Origin: Squalus acanthias
Taxonomy: Eukaryota
Direction of reading: 5' to 3'
NCBI GenBank assembly: GCA_030390025.1
Contig: CM059426.1
Coordinates: forward strand, 160,518,001-160,582,000
DNA: 64,000 bases
In this document: positions 23,882 through 36,254 of the stretch, one piece after another
Layout of the letters: each line of letters opens with the position of its first letter
Numbering within the stretch: the first letter of the stretch is position 1
The notes under the pieces: generated by a model
The model's input: only the letters and a program-made list of their open reading frames with translations
Told to the model about the DNA's origin: nothing
Databases searched by the model: none
Position numbers and translations under genes: made by a program

Positions 23882-24082
23882 GTTTGAGTTCGGATCGGTC
23901 AAGGCCCTGTGGGTGGCGGAGCGGGCCCAGGGGCCGAGTGGCCTGGTCCTGCTCCTGCTTCTTGTGTTCTTTAGAGTTGAGGTTGGATCAGATCAGCCAT
24001 GATCTCATTGAATGGCGGAGCAGGCTCGAGGGGCCGATTGGTCTACTCCTGCTCCTATTTCTTATGTTCTTATGTTCTTATG

Positions 24083-24260
24083 TCTTATGATAGGCTGGAA
24101 GCATGCAAAGCCATGAAAGTTGAGGGCTGCTGTCACTTTGATTGCCATGGACAGAACAGTTGATACAATGGAGTAAGTATGCCATTTATGTTGTTTCTGC
24201 AGGGTTTCTGCCGATCTTCCACTGAAGCTATAGCAGGAGATCAGGAGAACATTCACGGAA
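24083..24260 (-). pseudogene. Harbinger transposase remnant, part upstream of the CR1 insertion
   Basis: VLSMAIKVTAALNFHGFACFQ resembles LPVAVKVT.ALNF.A.GSFQ (compare 49520-49580) and leads into LCNINQ on the other side of the CR1. Confidence 0.7.
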
Positions 24261-25109
24261 ATTCTACCAATAGGTGTTCTCCCTCAAAGCACATCTGAGG
24301 TAGGGAAGGACAGAAAAAATACCAGTCCTTTTGCTATGATCATCTATCAGACTCCCACCCTCGCCCTAAACAGCAATATTAATAATAACATAGGTTTCTT
24401 CAAACTTCTTCACATAAGAACTTTCTTAGTGGGAAATGGCTGAAAAAATTGATTCCAGTTCCTTCAGTGATCGTTTGAAAATTCATGTGAACATTTTCAG
24501 AGCACATCAATTTAAATGGCATGAAGAAGATCCCAGGAGATTAACAGGACTTAAAGTTCAGTTTCCTTTAAAATAGTCTCTTCTTCTTTATCCTGAGAAG
24601 TCACTATTCTAAAACCCTGTGTAGATACTTCCCATGATAGATGTCAGTCTCAGGTTTATTTCCTTCTCAGCCCCAAGATATTTTGGGTTACAATTTTCAA
24701 ATCCCTGAAAACCAACAAAACATAATGAAATGACAGCAGAAGTTTTGAACAAAATGTAACAATTTAAAACAAAAGCGTCTACGGCTAAAAATTCGATTGC
24801 CCCCGAAAACGGGCGCAAGGATCACGATGCAGGATCAACCCTCGCCTGTTCAAAATAATGCAAGCAGCATGGAAACTTTGTGCTGCCTGCTGATTAACAT
24901 GGTTGTGGCGTGCAGCCCAGCGCTGAACATGCTGCTGAGTGGCTGCAGGCTCAGAAGGGGGCCCAAGATCGTGCGAGGCTAGCACCAATTAAAGCTAGCC
25001 TTCACGTCTTAAAGCCAGTCTGCACCCCTTAAAGGGGAGATGCATTCTGGCTGTAGCAGGTGATTCAACTGGCTGGGGAACAGAGCCTGAGCAGGAAAAA
25101 GTACTACTG

Positions 25110-26997
25110 ATGATGCAACAGGGGAGAGAGCGTGCTCCAAGGTTCTTGGATGCAGCACTGGAGGCTTTGGTGCAGGAGGTGGATAGGAGGAGAGAGGTCC
25201 TGTTTCCACAGGGGTCCAGGAGGCCCTCCAGGCATATTGGTAAAAGGCAATGGGAGCAGACAGCTATCATGGTCAATGCCAGCAGTGTAGCCCCGAGGAC
25301 CTGGATGCAGTGCAGGAAGAAGTTTGATGACCTCACATGGGTGGTCAAGGTGAGTGAATTCATCTTCAAATACCATATCTCACCATCTGCACCACTAGCC
25401 TCACACACTGCTCAATGCACCACACCCTCGTCACTCACCTACCAACAATGTCTACCAAACACGACTCATACCTCACAATCATAGCTTCACCTCACCCTCA
25501 CACACATACCACTGCTTCAAGACTCACACCCACATCTCACAGCTTGCATACACTTTCAGCTATTCAACATGACATGCACATCACCCAAACACATTGCACC
25601 ACACCCAGTGACACACTTCCCTCTCTCTTGCAGGACAAGGTGGCTCACAACTGGAGGCAGCAGGACTTAACTGGCGGAGGACAGGCACACCTGCATAACC
25701 TTACCCTCATGGAGGAGACTGTGCTGGCTATTATTGGGAGGGCCTGTGGCCAGCAACGGGGCTGAAAGAATACAAGATGTTGGCAGCCTCATATGTAATC
25801 CAGCTTTTCACATCCCACTTCCCCCTCATTGGCTGCCGTGTTTCCCACATCACAACAGTGACTCCACTTCAAAAGTTCTTCATTGGCTGCAAAGCGCTTT
25901 GAGATGCCCGGTGGTCATGAAAGGCACTATATAAATGCAAGTCTTTCTTTCTTCTTTCTTTCATCCCACAGTCTCTTCTGATTCAGAAGCTGCACATGGT
26001 GTAAGCATGCCCCTCTTGCTTTCCCCACCTCCCCTCACCACAACCCTACCCTTGAGCCTCTCTCCTTTCAGATAGCCAAGAACTGCCACCTGGCCAGGCC
26101 CTGGTAGAGGAGCAAGAAATCGAAGAGCAAGAAGACAGTGATGATGAAGGCACAGCACCATCACTCGATTTCACACTTGCAGCCATTAGCTCAGATATTG
26201 ACACTCTGCGTACTTTAGAGGATAGGTTAGAGGCAGGATTTGTACGTGGTGAGTCACCAAACATGAGTGACCTGCAGCCAGCGCAGGGGGAAAGGGTAGC
26301 ACAGGTGCCAGCTCCTTGGAGGGCGAGGTCGCACACGAGTTCTGCTACAGAGGGCTCAGATGAGGACTTTGATGGGGCAGGCTACAAAAGAAGGCTGATG
26401 AGTATGCACAAGAGATGCTTGGTGCACAGGCAGGCCTGCCAGAAAGCCTGAGTGCAAGGTCAAGGAGCATGGAGGACTCTGACACCAACCTTGCACTGGA
26501 CTTTGCACAGTGCTTGGAGCCCATGCTTTCCAGCATGGAAGTGATGGGCAGATCCATTAGCAGACTTGTGGAGCTAACCATCATGCAGCGTCTGATGGCC
26601 AATATCTCAGCTTTCATTGCAGCACAAGCAGAAGCCACCCAACGTCTGAGTGCAGCATTGGAAGCTCAGACTTCTGTCATGCATGCTCAGCTTGCTGCCA
26701 CGCAAGCTCAGACTGCTGACATCATTGCTGCGTTTACCAGTGTGGAAAGGGGCTTGCAGGGTATCACAGCAGTCCAGTAATCTGTCCTCCAACATTCGCC
26801 GCCCCGGGAAAGTGGCAGTGGCTCCGTGGAGCATGAATCTGCTGTCCTCTCTCAGGATGACATTCATCCACCCACCACTGCCACTCCGCCAGTGCCCTTG
26901 CTATTGCCCGTCAGCCAGCCAGCCCATGCCGAGGTGGCTTCTAGGCCCAGAACTGTTCAAGGCCATCCTGCAAGGACATGTGCAGCCTATAAATTAG
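25110..26997 (+). pseudogene. Spliced Harbinger Myb/SANT-like DNA-binding protein gene
   Basis: Exon 1 25110-25349 (RAPRFLDAALEALVQEV..W..RTWMQCRKKFDDL) then gtgagt; acceptor cttgcag at 25633; exon 2 DKVAHN..TGGG..EETVL; probable exon 3 from 26072; later frameshifts. Confidence 0.85.
25829..25961 (+). mobile_element. Deu-domain SINE 3' fragment inserted in a Myb intron
   Basis: ttggctgccgtgtttcc..acaacagtgact..cttcaaaag..aaagcgctttg..ctatataaatgcaag with a (TCTT)n tail; absent from the paralogous intron at 63900-63960. Confidence 0.75.
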
Positions 26998-27472
26998 GTT
27001 TGGAATCTTTCTTTTTTGGTGGCTTTTATTTCAGCATTTTGGCTTAGAGGACGCAGTGATGGTCCAGAACAGAGGGGTGGTAAGGTGTGTGACTGTTGTA
27101 CAATGGGGATTTAGGGTTGTGTTCAGTGGAACCGTAGTCGAATGAGGCGATCATGGACAGCCCGGCCGGAGACGGGTGTGCTGGTTGCCTCCTCCCTTCC
27201 TCCTCTTCCTCCTCCTCTTCCTCCCTGTGAGCAGCTTGTCCTCTTCTTTGCTGCCTCTGCTCCATCTCCCCATCATGCTGCAGGACAAGGGGGATGGCAA
27301 CTACCGCACCCATGACTGGAAGCAAGTGGTTTGACCAGAACTCTTGAAGTCAGAACCGAGGCCTTCTCCACTTGCAGCACCACTCCCTGTCACCTCTTCA
27401 ACTTTAAACAACTCTGGAAAGCACCAAAGACTTCTGCAAACTTACACAGAGCCAGTAGAAATTAATCAGCAA

Positions 27473-30425
27473 CTACAACAACAACAACAACAACGCATAT
27501 TTATATAGCGCCTTTAATATAATAAAACATCCCGAGGCACTTCACAGGATTGTTCTCAAGGAAACAAAAAACAAAATTTGACACCGAGCCATATAAGGAG
27601 ATGTTAGGGCAGGTGACCAAAAGCTTGGTCGAAGAGGTAGATTTTAAGGAGCGTCTTAAAAGGAGGAAATAGAAGTGGAGAGGCGGAGAGATTTAGGGAG
27701 GGAATTCCAGAGCTTAGGACCTAGGCCGGCAATGGTGGAGCATTTAAAATCGGGGATGTTCAAAAGGCTGGAATAGGCAGAGCGCAAAACTATGGGGCTG
27801 GAGGAGATTACAGAGATAGGGAGGGGCGAGGCCATGGAGGGATTTGAAAACAAGGATGAGAATTTTAAAATCGGTGCATTGCTTAACTGGGAGCCAATGT
27901 AGGTTAGCAAGCACTGGGGTGATGGGTGAGGGAGACATGGGGGGCGATTTTGCCAGCCCTGGGGAGGCGGGTGTGGAGGCGGGAGTGCCAGGAAAATGGC
28001 AGAATTTGGGGGCGGGTGCCCAACCCGCCCCCAACCAGCCTCCATGCCATCTTGCCAGAGGCAGGTAGCCATCCCGCGCCGGGTCCCATCTCCTTGGAGG
28101 CGGGAAGGGATTAAAGCCTATTAACTGCCTGTTAACAGGTAGTTAACAGGCAGAAAATAGGATTATCCCCTTTTTGCCCTCACAAGTACGGGCTTCCCGA
28201 AGGCTCAAAAACCCGCCAGCTCAGCGAGGTGAGTAGTGGGTTTGCGGGGGTTGGGGGGGGGGGTGGGGTGGGTGCTAAAGTATGCTGTGAAGGTAAGTGA
28301 TGGGTGCAAGAGTGGAGAGGTGAGTATCTGAGGTAAGTGCAAAGTGTTAGTAAAAGTGTACTTACCTTTGTTTCTCCCTGCAGGCTTCAATCGGTCTGTA
28401 TGCGGAGAGTCTCGGACCTCCGTGTTGCAGATGGCAAATGGCCGTTGCATTCTCAGATGCAACAACCATCTCATTTCTGTAAAAGAAAGAAGTTTGGTGA
28501 GGTCTTGAATTCAAGACCTCATCAAACTACAGAGAATGTCAGTGTTTGACAGCTTCACAGAGCTGTCAAATGATGACAATTCATCTGTCAACAATTTTTG
28601 ACAGATGAAATATCATACGTTGACGTTCTCTGCAACTGACTTTCCCTTAATTGGCCTGCTAAGCCCGCTGGGTGGGCTTAACAAGGTCAATCAAGGGAAA
28701 ATAGCGTGGGTTGGCCACAAATTGATGGAGGCGGGACATCGACCCGCCAAGCAGCAGTCCCGCCTCCAATGCGCCCCCATTAACAAAATCGGCACCCAGG
28801 TGTGAGTTAAGACACGGGCAGCCGAGTTTTGGATGACCTTAAGTTTATGGAGGGCAGAACTAGGGAGGCCAGACAGGAGTGCATTGGAATAGTAAAGTCT
28901 AGAGATGATTAAGGCATGGTTGAGGGTTTCAACAGCAGGTAAGTTGAGGCAAGGGTGGAGACGGGTGATATTCCGAAGGTGGAAATGGGCGGTCTTAGTG
29001 ATAGAACGGATATGAGGCAGGTAGCTCAATTCTTGATCAAATATGACACCAAGGTTGCAAACTGACTTGGTCAGCCTTAGACAGTTGCTGGGAAGAGAGA
29101 TCGAATCAGTGGAAAGGGAATGGAGCTTGTGGCGTGAACCGGAGACATGGTTTCGGCCTTCCCGATATTTAATTGCAGGAAATTACTTCTTATCCATTGC
29201 TAGATGTCGGACTAGCAGTCTGATAGTTTAGAGATGGTGGCGGGTTTGAGAGAGGTGGAGGAGAGGTAGAGCTGGGTATCATCAGCGTACATGTGAAAAC
29301 TCACATTGTGTTGCCGGAAGATGTCACCGAGGGGCAGCATGTAGATGAGAAAAAGGAGGGGGGTCAAAGATAGATCCTTGGGGGACACCAGAGGTAACGA
29401 TGCGGGAATGGGAAGAGAAGCCGTTGCAGGTGATTTTATGGGTATGGTTGGAAACAGAGGCGTGAAACCAGACGAGTGCAGTCCCATCCGGCTGGACGAC
29501 GGTGGAGAGGCATCGGATCTGAATTTTGTGGTCATCATGTCAAAGGCTGCAGACAGGTCCAGAAGGACGAGCAGGGATAGATTACCTTTGTCGCAGTCAA
29601 TTAGGATGTCATTTGTGACCTTGGTAAGAGCAGTTTCAGTACTGTGGCAGGGGCGGAAGCCTGATTGGAGGGATTCAAACAAGGCATTCTGGGAAAGATG
29701 GGCACAGATTTTAAAGCAACAACATGTTCATGAACTTTGGAGAAGCAAGGGAGGTTGGAGATGGGGGCGATAGTTTGCAAGGATGGAGGGGTTAAAGGTT
29801 GTTTTTTTGAGGAGAGGGGTGATGACTGCAGATTTGAAGGAGAGGGGGACAATACCAGAGGAGAGAGAGAACCGTTAACAATATCCGCTAACATGGGAGC
29901 CAGGAAGGAAAATTGGGTTGTCAGCGATTTAGTAGGAATAGGGTGGAGAGCGCAGGAGGTCGGTCTCATTGACAAGATGAGCTTTGAAAGGGCAAGAGGG
30001 TAGATAGGAGAGAAATTAGATAAATATGCAAATTTAGGGTTAGGGCAGGGGGAAAACAGAGAGGAAGTCAGATCTGGTGGGTTAGGGGGAGGAAAGAAAT
30101 TGAAAGCAGAAGCAGTTGAATGGATGCAGTCGATCTTTTTAACAAAGAAGTCCATGAGCTCCTCACATTTATTGTTGGAGGTAAGGGAGAAGGAGACAGG
30201 GGAGGGTGAAGAGAAGAGGTTTGAGAAGATGGTTAGTTGTGGAGAAGAGAAGCCTGGTGTTATTTTTGCAGTCCTGGATGATCTTAGAATAGTGGGCAGT
30301 TTTAGTGATGGAGAACAGGACCTGGTAGTGCTTTATATGATCTAGCCAAATCTGGTGATGGATGATTAGACCAGTTGTCCGCCAAAGACGTTTAAGTCTG
30401 CGTCCCTTGGACTTAAGGAAGCGCA
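27473..30425 (-). mobile_element. L2 LINE, 5'-truncated, interrupted by a MITE at 27939-28797
   Basis: QSGFRPCHSTETALTKVTNDIL, LLDLSAAFD, FHMYADDTQLY, KLKVIQNSAARVL and KLWNSLP; (GTT)n tail. Confidence 0.93.
27939..28797. mobile_element. Harbinger-type MITE
   Basis: TIR-like gggggcgattttg / caaaatcggcaccc; L2 is continuous across it; right end matches 1-104. Confidence 0.8.
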
Positions 30426-30579
30426 TCAATCAAAAATATAGTTTTTAATTCAAAACACAGATCATACCAAGAGTTAGATTTTTAATATTTACAAAATTTT
30501 GTTCTGCCATTCTTAAATGTAAAAGTAGATTGTTTCTTCACTCTTTTTAGGTGTCCCTCTGCGCACCACATTTCCTCAC

Positions 30580-30982
30580 AACAACTACAACAGCAACAAC
30601 ATGTATTTATATAGCGCCTTTAAAGTCGTAAAATGTCCCAAGGCATTATAAAACAAAATTTGACACCGAGCCACATGAAGAGATATTAGGGCAGATGACC
30701 AAAAGCTTGGTCAAAGAGGTAAGTTTTAAGGAGCGTCTTAAAGGAGGAAAGTAAGGTAAAGAGACGGAGAGATTTAGGGAGGGAATTTCAGAGCTTAGGG
30801 CCTAGGCAGCTGAAGGCATGGCCGCCAAAGGTGAAATGATGAAAATCAGGGATGCGCAAGAGGCCAAAATTGGAGGAGCACAGAGAGCTCGGAGGGTTGT
30901 AGAGCTGAAGGAGGTTACAGAGATGGGGAGGGGCGAGACCATAGGGGAATTTGTAAACAAGGAGGAGAATTTTAAAATTAGA
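30580..30982 (-). mobile_element. L2 LINE 3' fragment
   Basis: Colinear with 27473-27870; ORF FKILLLVYK..GLAPPHL..GPKL. Confidence 0.88.
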
Positions 30983-31274
30983 TTCTAATAAAGCAAGATC
31001 ATAGATCACACACCTGAATACATCCCAATTTGTGCTGTTCTCACCTATGTGGATGCTAATTGGTCTCTCTGGCCTCTGTTATACAAGAAGCTTTTCAAGC
31101 TATGTGCTATGTCTTACAGATGTACTTAATCAGTGTATCATCTGGGATTTAGTCAGAACACTAACAGGGAGATAGATTATAAAAAGATCAGATTTAATTT
31201 CCTTAGAACTTCAGTTTTTATTTTCTATCACTTGGTGAACTCTTTCATGAAACCCCACCTCACCATCTTTTTAC

Positions 31275-31582
31275 AAAATAATTCTTGGTTTATGGGCATC
31301 GCTGGCAAGGTCAGCATTTATTGACCATCCCCACTTGCTCTGGAAAAGGTGGTGGTGAGCCGCCTTCTTGCTGCAGTTTGTGTGGTGAAAGTGCTCCCAC
31401 AGTGAAGTTAAGTCGGGAATTCCAGAATGTTGACCCGGTGACAATGAAGGGACAGGGATACATGTCCAACTCAGGATGGTGTGTGACTTGGAGGGTTACA
31501 TGGAGGTGATGGTGTTCTTGCTGCTCTCGACCTTCTAGGTGTTGTAGGTCACGAGATTGGGAGGTGCTGCTGAGGAAGCCGA
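31275..31582 (-). mobile_element. 3' fragment of the LINE family at 51586-54788
   Basis: Colinear with 51590-51905. Confidence 0.8.
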
Positions 31583-32319
31583 GAAAAGCATTAAGCTACC
31601 CAGTCTCAGTTATACAGTACAGTCCAAATTTGTAATGTTAATTATACTTCGTTAAATTTTAAAAAAATCATGGACTTTGAAACACAGAAAAAATATGCTG
31701 CCACCAGGGTGAATTTATATGAGATAAATATGCAGGCTTTGCAAAATCAGGTACAGTGACTTAAAATATGTATTTGTGATTCTGTATTTTTATGGTAGCA
31801 ATAACAATTTTCATCTTCTTGAATATTTTCTGGTGCATAAATCTGTAATTTTTTCAGGCTATGAAACATTTAAGATTTTCATTTGCCTTTTGTCTTGTTG
31901 AAGCATTACTGGTTTGCTGGCAAAGTGAGCTATTTAATTCCCTCCAGGACTTTAAATTTGATGACAATATGGAATTCAAAGCTCTGGCAAGTGTAAGATT
32001 AATTTCATTAGTTTATAAGTTTGCCATCAGCAAAAAATTGAAAGTAAACTATTGTCCAATGACAAGTAATAACATTATAGGTAGTTGAGAAAGGGATGTT
32101 CAACACTGTATTCACAGCTAAAATATAAGGGATAGCAATAGATTGTTGTCTTTTTTAACATTTTCGATGGTCCGATATATTTGTGTGATTTTACTTTATA
32201 ATGCTTTGCACCGTGTGAATTTATAGACCTTTTGCAAATGTTCAGACGCAGAAAATCCTGGTTGCACTTTAAAAGGTGCAAAGGATATTAAACACTCAGC
32301 ATGCCATTGCCTATTTAAA

Positions 32320-32458
32320 GTCAAGCATGTGCCCCCTTTTTAAAGGGGCACAACCAATAAAGACTGTAACTTAACAAAAAAGTTTAAAGGAAACTTCACA
32401 AATTAAATTAAAATTCTATACCCGGGGGTGATGATGCACTCCAGTCCCTCCGGTGCCT
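32320..32458 (-). mobile_element. Possible Tx1/L1-type LINE 3' end
   Basis: Minus strand reads APEGLECIITPGYRILI followed by a stop and the hairpin gtgccccctttttaaaggggcac; resemblance to Tx1 ORF2 C-termini is from memory only. Confidence 0.35.
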
Positions 32459-32789
32459 CAGCATGCCATGGTTTCTAAAAAACAAAAAGCACTAATTATC
32501 CAATTAATGGTATTGACTGAGGTTTAAGGAACAAATCCAAGCTTGTTTCCAATTAGTAACTTCACCTGGGTTCCATTTACTCCACTCAAACTCTCTCCAA
32601 GTTTTTTCCCCAGTTGCCTGGGTGCAATTTGTTATTCAAATACGCCTTATGTTGTTGGTACAGGGTTTCTTTATTCTTATTCATATAGTCCTCATCTTCC
32701 CCCTCTTGTATCTGTTTTTTCTGGGTGTCTTTATGCTGTTATAGTACATACTGGGTATAGAATTTCCTAATGATCAACTGCAGTTTATT

Positions 32790-33038
32790 CAAAAAGAAAA
32801 TACTGCAGATGCTGGAAATCTGAAATAAAAACAGAAAATGCTGGAAATACTCAGCAGGTCAGGCAGCATCTGTGAAGATAGAAACAGAGTTAACGTTTCA
32901 GGTCGATGACCTTTCGTCAGAACTGGACGAACTGGACTCCAGTTCTGACGAAAGGTCATCGACCTGAAACGTTAACTCTGTTTCTCTCTTCACAGATGCT
33001 GCCTGACCTGCTAAGTATTTCCAGCATTTTCTGTTTTT
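32790..33038. mobile_element. Palindromic Penelope pLTR derivative with two outward-facing hammerhead motifs
   Basis: Arms 32827-32927 and 32938-33038 are inverted with 2 mismatches; 14-bp duplication aactgcagtttatt. Confidence 0.9.
32941..32977 (+). ncRNA. Minimal hammerhead ribozyme motif (mirror copy on - at 32888-32924)
   Basis: AGTT-CTGACGA-AAGGTC-ATC-GACCT-GAAA-CG-TT-AACT. Confidence 0.82.
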
Positions 33039-33279
33039 AACTGCAGTTTATTTCTTGCCAAACCTCCGGTAATGATGTTACCAGCAGTAACCCTCTTGTG
33101 TGAAGATCGCTGGATGTTAAGAGCACAAAGCACCCTGACAGTCACTATCTACACTGACAGCTACCGCTGACAGAAAAAGCTTTCTAACTAAAAACAGAAT
33201 AAAAGATATATTAACAATAACCGTACCATGGACTAATGTCAATACTGTAATTGAATCTCTAGGGACACTTGCCAAATGT

Positions 33280-33718
33280 GGTGCAAATTGGGCAGTGGGC
33301 GGAATACTTGAGAATACTTGGGAAGAGGTGGGGAATTCCAAACGACTCCGAAGGGCTCACTTAAAGAGGGGATGAGGCAATCTGGGGGGGGGGCGCGTGG
33401 AAGGGCTGGTAGCGGCGTAGACCATTCCTGCTGGTCCCACAAAAATCATTTCAAAAACTTACCTCAGTTGTTTCGGGAAGCAACCTCCCTTTAAGGGCTG
33501 CTGGTTCGGCTGTTCCACATCCAGTACCAATATGCTTAGTATGTTCAGTGCCCGCCATGCCCATTCGTACTTGAAAATTACAACAACTGGCATAGGACCC
33601 CAATTTAAATATTGAAATAAAGTCCCTGCCTGTTTTGAGGCCTGTTCGAACATTGAGTCGGGCAGGCCTTGGGCAACCAGCGGGCATGCGGGACATGTTT
33701 CTTTTTACAATTGTATCT
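33280..33718. mobile_element. Degenerate Harbinger-type MITE
   Basis: Shares internal motifs (ctgg.cccacaaaaa..aaacttacct, ccccaattt..atatt) with 37419-37818; ends poorly defined. Confidence 0.5.
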
Positions 33719-33950
33719 ACGGAGGACCACATTTTTCAGCATGAACGGAAGACATAGAACATCTCCTCTGTGTTCAGATAATTGTTCTAAATCACTTTGT
33801 GGGTTACAGCATTATCTGGATCTCCTGATTAGAATGCCATTTTCTCATTTTTCACCATAATATCTATTCTTCTCTAATAGTTATAAATGTGCTTTCTGTT
33901 TTAATTGTATTTCTGCTTCAGCAGGCTACAAATTCACTGGTTTTTTTTAA

Positions 33951-34556
33951 CGGAATTTTAATTCATCAATTTCAAGAGCCGAGCCTCATTAACATCCCAC
34001 CGGCCAGCCTGAAATGGGCGTCCAGAGGGAGTTTGCTGGCTTTGAATCAACGAAGATCAGGTGACATGGAGGCCGCCAATCCAGCTTTCAGGTAAGTCAC
34101 AAGAAGGGTTTGGGAAGGTTTCGGAGGCAGGAAAGGGTGGTGAGCCCTGGCAGCAGTGGCCCAAACTTTCCTTGTGAACTCTTACTCCTCCAGGCTCCAC
34201 GAAGATAGGTTTTAAACTTACCTGACTGGGTCTCTGCAGGGTGTCTGCAGGTTGCAATCTAATTGAATGGTGGAACGGGCTCGAGGGGCTGAATGGCCTA
34301 CCCCTGTTCCTATGATGTGCTGAGCGAGGCTTCCGCTAAGTAGGCAGTTAAAATAGCAGGAGGTCCTATCTAAGAGGTGGGACCTATGTTTGCATTTATT
34401 TATGAGGCTCCTCCTGAGTCAAGCAAGCACTTCAGCTGCCCAAGAAAATAACGGTGTTAAAATAACCGTGAGATGGGAAACAAGGAGTATATGCACTGCT
34501 TGGATTTTAACTCCCATTCCCTGCTTTCCGCCCAGTGGACAAAGTTAAAATTCCCC
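33951..34556. mobile_element. Degenerate Harbinger-type MITE with a short CR1-type tail inserted (34257-34313)
   Basis: cggaattttaa / ttaaaattcccc ends; gaatggtggaacgggctcgaggggctgaatggcctacccctgttcctatg is a CR1 3' tail. Confidence 0.6.
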
Positions 34557-36254
34557 TTAAATCATAGTACATTGTACAATCTTGGTGCAATGAAAGAAAT
34601 ATTTTTACCTCTGAAACCTATATTTATTTAAATTTACATATGTATAAATCTTTTTTATGTAAGGCTCCATTTATCGAATTTTCTTTGCAAACATCATGAT
34701 TTATTAAAACTTGTCATAGACAATAAAAATAAATAATGAGGTGTAGTGCATTGTGGGTGTGTTTCAAATTTTCGCCCCTCTGTGGCACTACATCATGCTA
34801 GTCAAATCTTTATTTTTAATACTTAGCTTTAGTAAATTCTGATTTCCAGTAATTAGGTAAGATATTTCCTACTTTAATGTTCAGCCTGACTATATCCCGA
34901 CTTTTCACCTTTGTCCCAATTAATGCATTTCATGGTTTCATGACATGAGCTGGCTGATAGGGGACAGGTCCGAGTTTCTGCAGCACTGAGCAGATTCCCC
35001 AAGCTGTACTGTCGCCTAACTTGCTGCTTTTTGTTTAGGTTTGTAAGGCACCATTTAAGATATTCATAATTTACACAGGAATACAGTCTATTATTTGCTA
35101 CTCTCTGCCCAGGCCATAGATATATATTCTTAAAAATTATGATTAGCTTTAAAATGGATCGATAGAATAATGCTGGGAGGGGTATATTGCTGTTGGATTT
35201 TTTTCTGTTTCTCTGCTAGTGTTTCTATGACTTATTTAAGGTTAGCGTTTTTATGTTGTTGTTTGATTATCTTTTCATTCACTTCTTGCTCTGTGATGTA
35301 TATTCTGTTTTTACGTTGTTGCTGCCTCTTTTTCTGCCTTTTAATGTTTTTTTCCATATATGTTACATTGATCTCTCTCTTTACTACCTTACACGTTTTC
35401 TCTGTCTGAGTTTCTCTGCCTCTTTCCTTTGTGGCCCATCTCGTGAAGTTTCCCCTCATTTTCACTCATGCACATTGTAAGTGGAAAATCTCTCGGTGGC
35501 ACTGTTCCTGCAACCAGCTATAGCAGGGGCCAGTATGCGGTACCTCCCACACATTAAATGTGACACTTTGGCAGCCAATCGTTTTTGCTGAGACTTGCAA
35601 AATTTCAGCAGCCAGAGGTTTTTTTCCCGAAACAGAGCAGGCACCAGTTTTCCTGAAATATTACAAGGCTTCCACAGGCAGCAGGTTTGTGTTCTCTGAA
35701 AGATTGTGAAATTTGTGTTGCTATTTATCTTATTGAAGGGCTTTTGAATTGTTCAGGTAATAACCATTTACAGTGTGTTATATTGCCTTAGGAAAGTGAT
35801 TGTGTTCTAGCAAACACCACACTCTATGTATTGTTGTAAGTGCTGTTCTTCAAAGGACACCTGCAATTCTGCACAATCACCCCCAATCTCCCAATCTTGC
35901 CTATTGGGGGTTACGGAAAGAAACATGAAAAGCAAGTCATCCCACTCTGCTTTTCAAAGTTCATAGCGCTCATTGCAAGAGCCATGTTGAGAGAGGTTTG
36001 GAAACAGGTTGCCTGTCTGCCTATACTTTTGACAAAGGAATAGTACCTAACAGAGGGAGCTATAAAGAAGGGGAGAAATACAAATTAATGTTAAATTAAA
36101 CTAGTGGATTATTGTGGTGTTGCTTATGGGGCGTCTGAGGATCACCCTGTTTCCTAACGACGGGAGTTATACTATGTAATTCACAATGCATTATTATACA
36201 GTTGATCTCCTGTGGTGTTGCTTGCAGACAAAATAAAAATGGTGTCTCCTATCC

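Larger units (their letters stand above)
18981..24082 (+). mobile_element. Full-length CR1 LINE
   Basis: About 1 kb 5' UTR with tandem arrays, ORF1, intact ORF2, 3' UTR and (TTCTTATG)n tail; both flanks belong to one interrupted transposase. Confidence 0.96.
24782..27470. mobile_element. Internally deleted PIF/Harbinger element
   Basis: Left end homologous to 62894 onward; carries a Myb/SANT gene on + and an apparent fused N/C-terminal transposase remnant on - (27044-27325). Confidence 0.8.

Noticed and set aside
25110-26997. Domesticated host genes (MSANTD/NAIF1-like, or HARBI1 at 48880-49896)
   Set aside because: Multiple paralogous copies inside transposon ends, with stops and frameshifts; no gene symbol assigned.
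35170-35480. Hydrophobic or lysine-rich ORFs suggesting a membrane protein
   Set aside because: T-rich low-complexity sequence giving biased translations on both strands.
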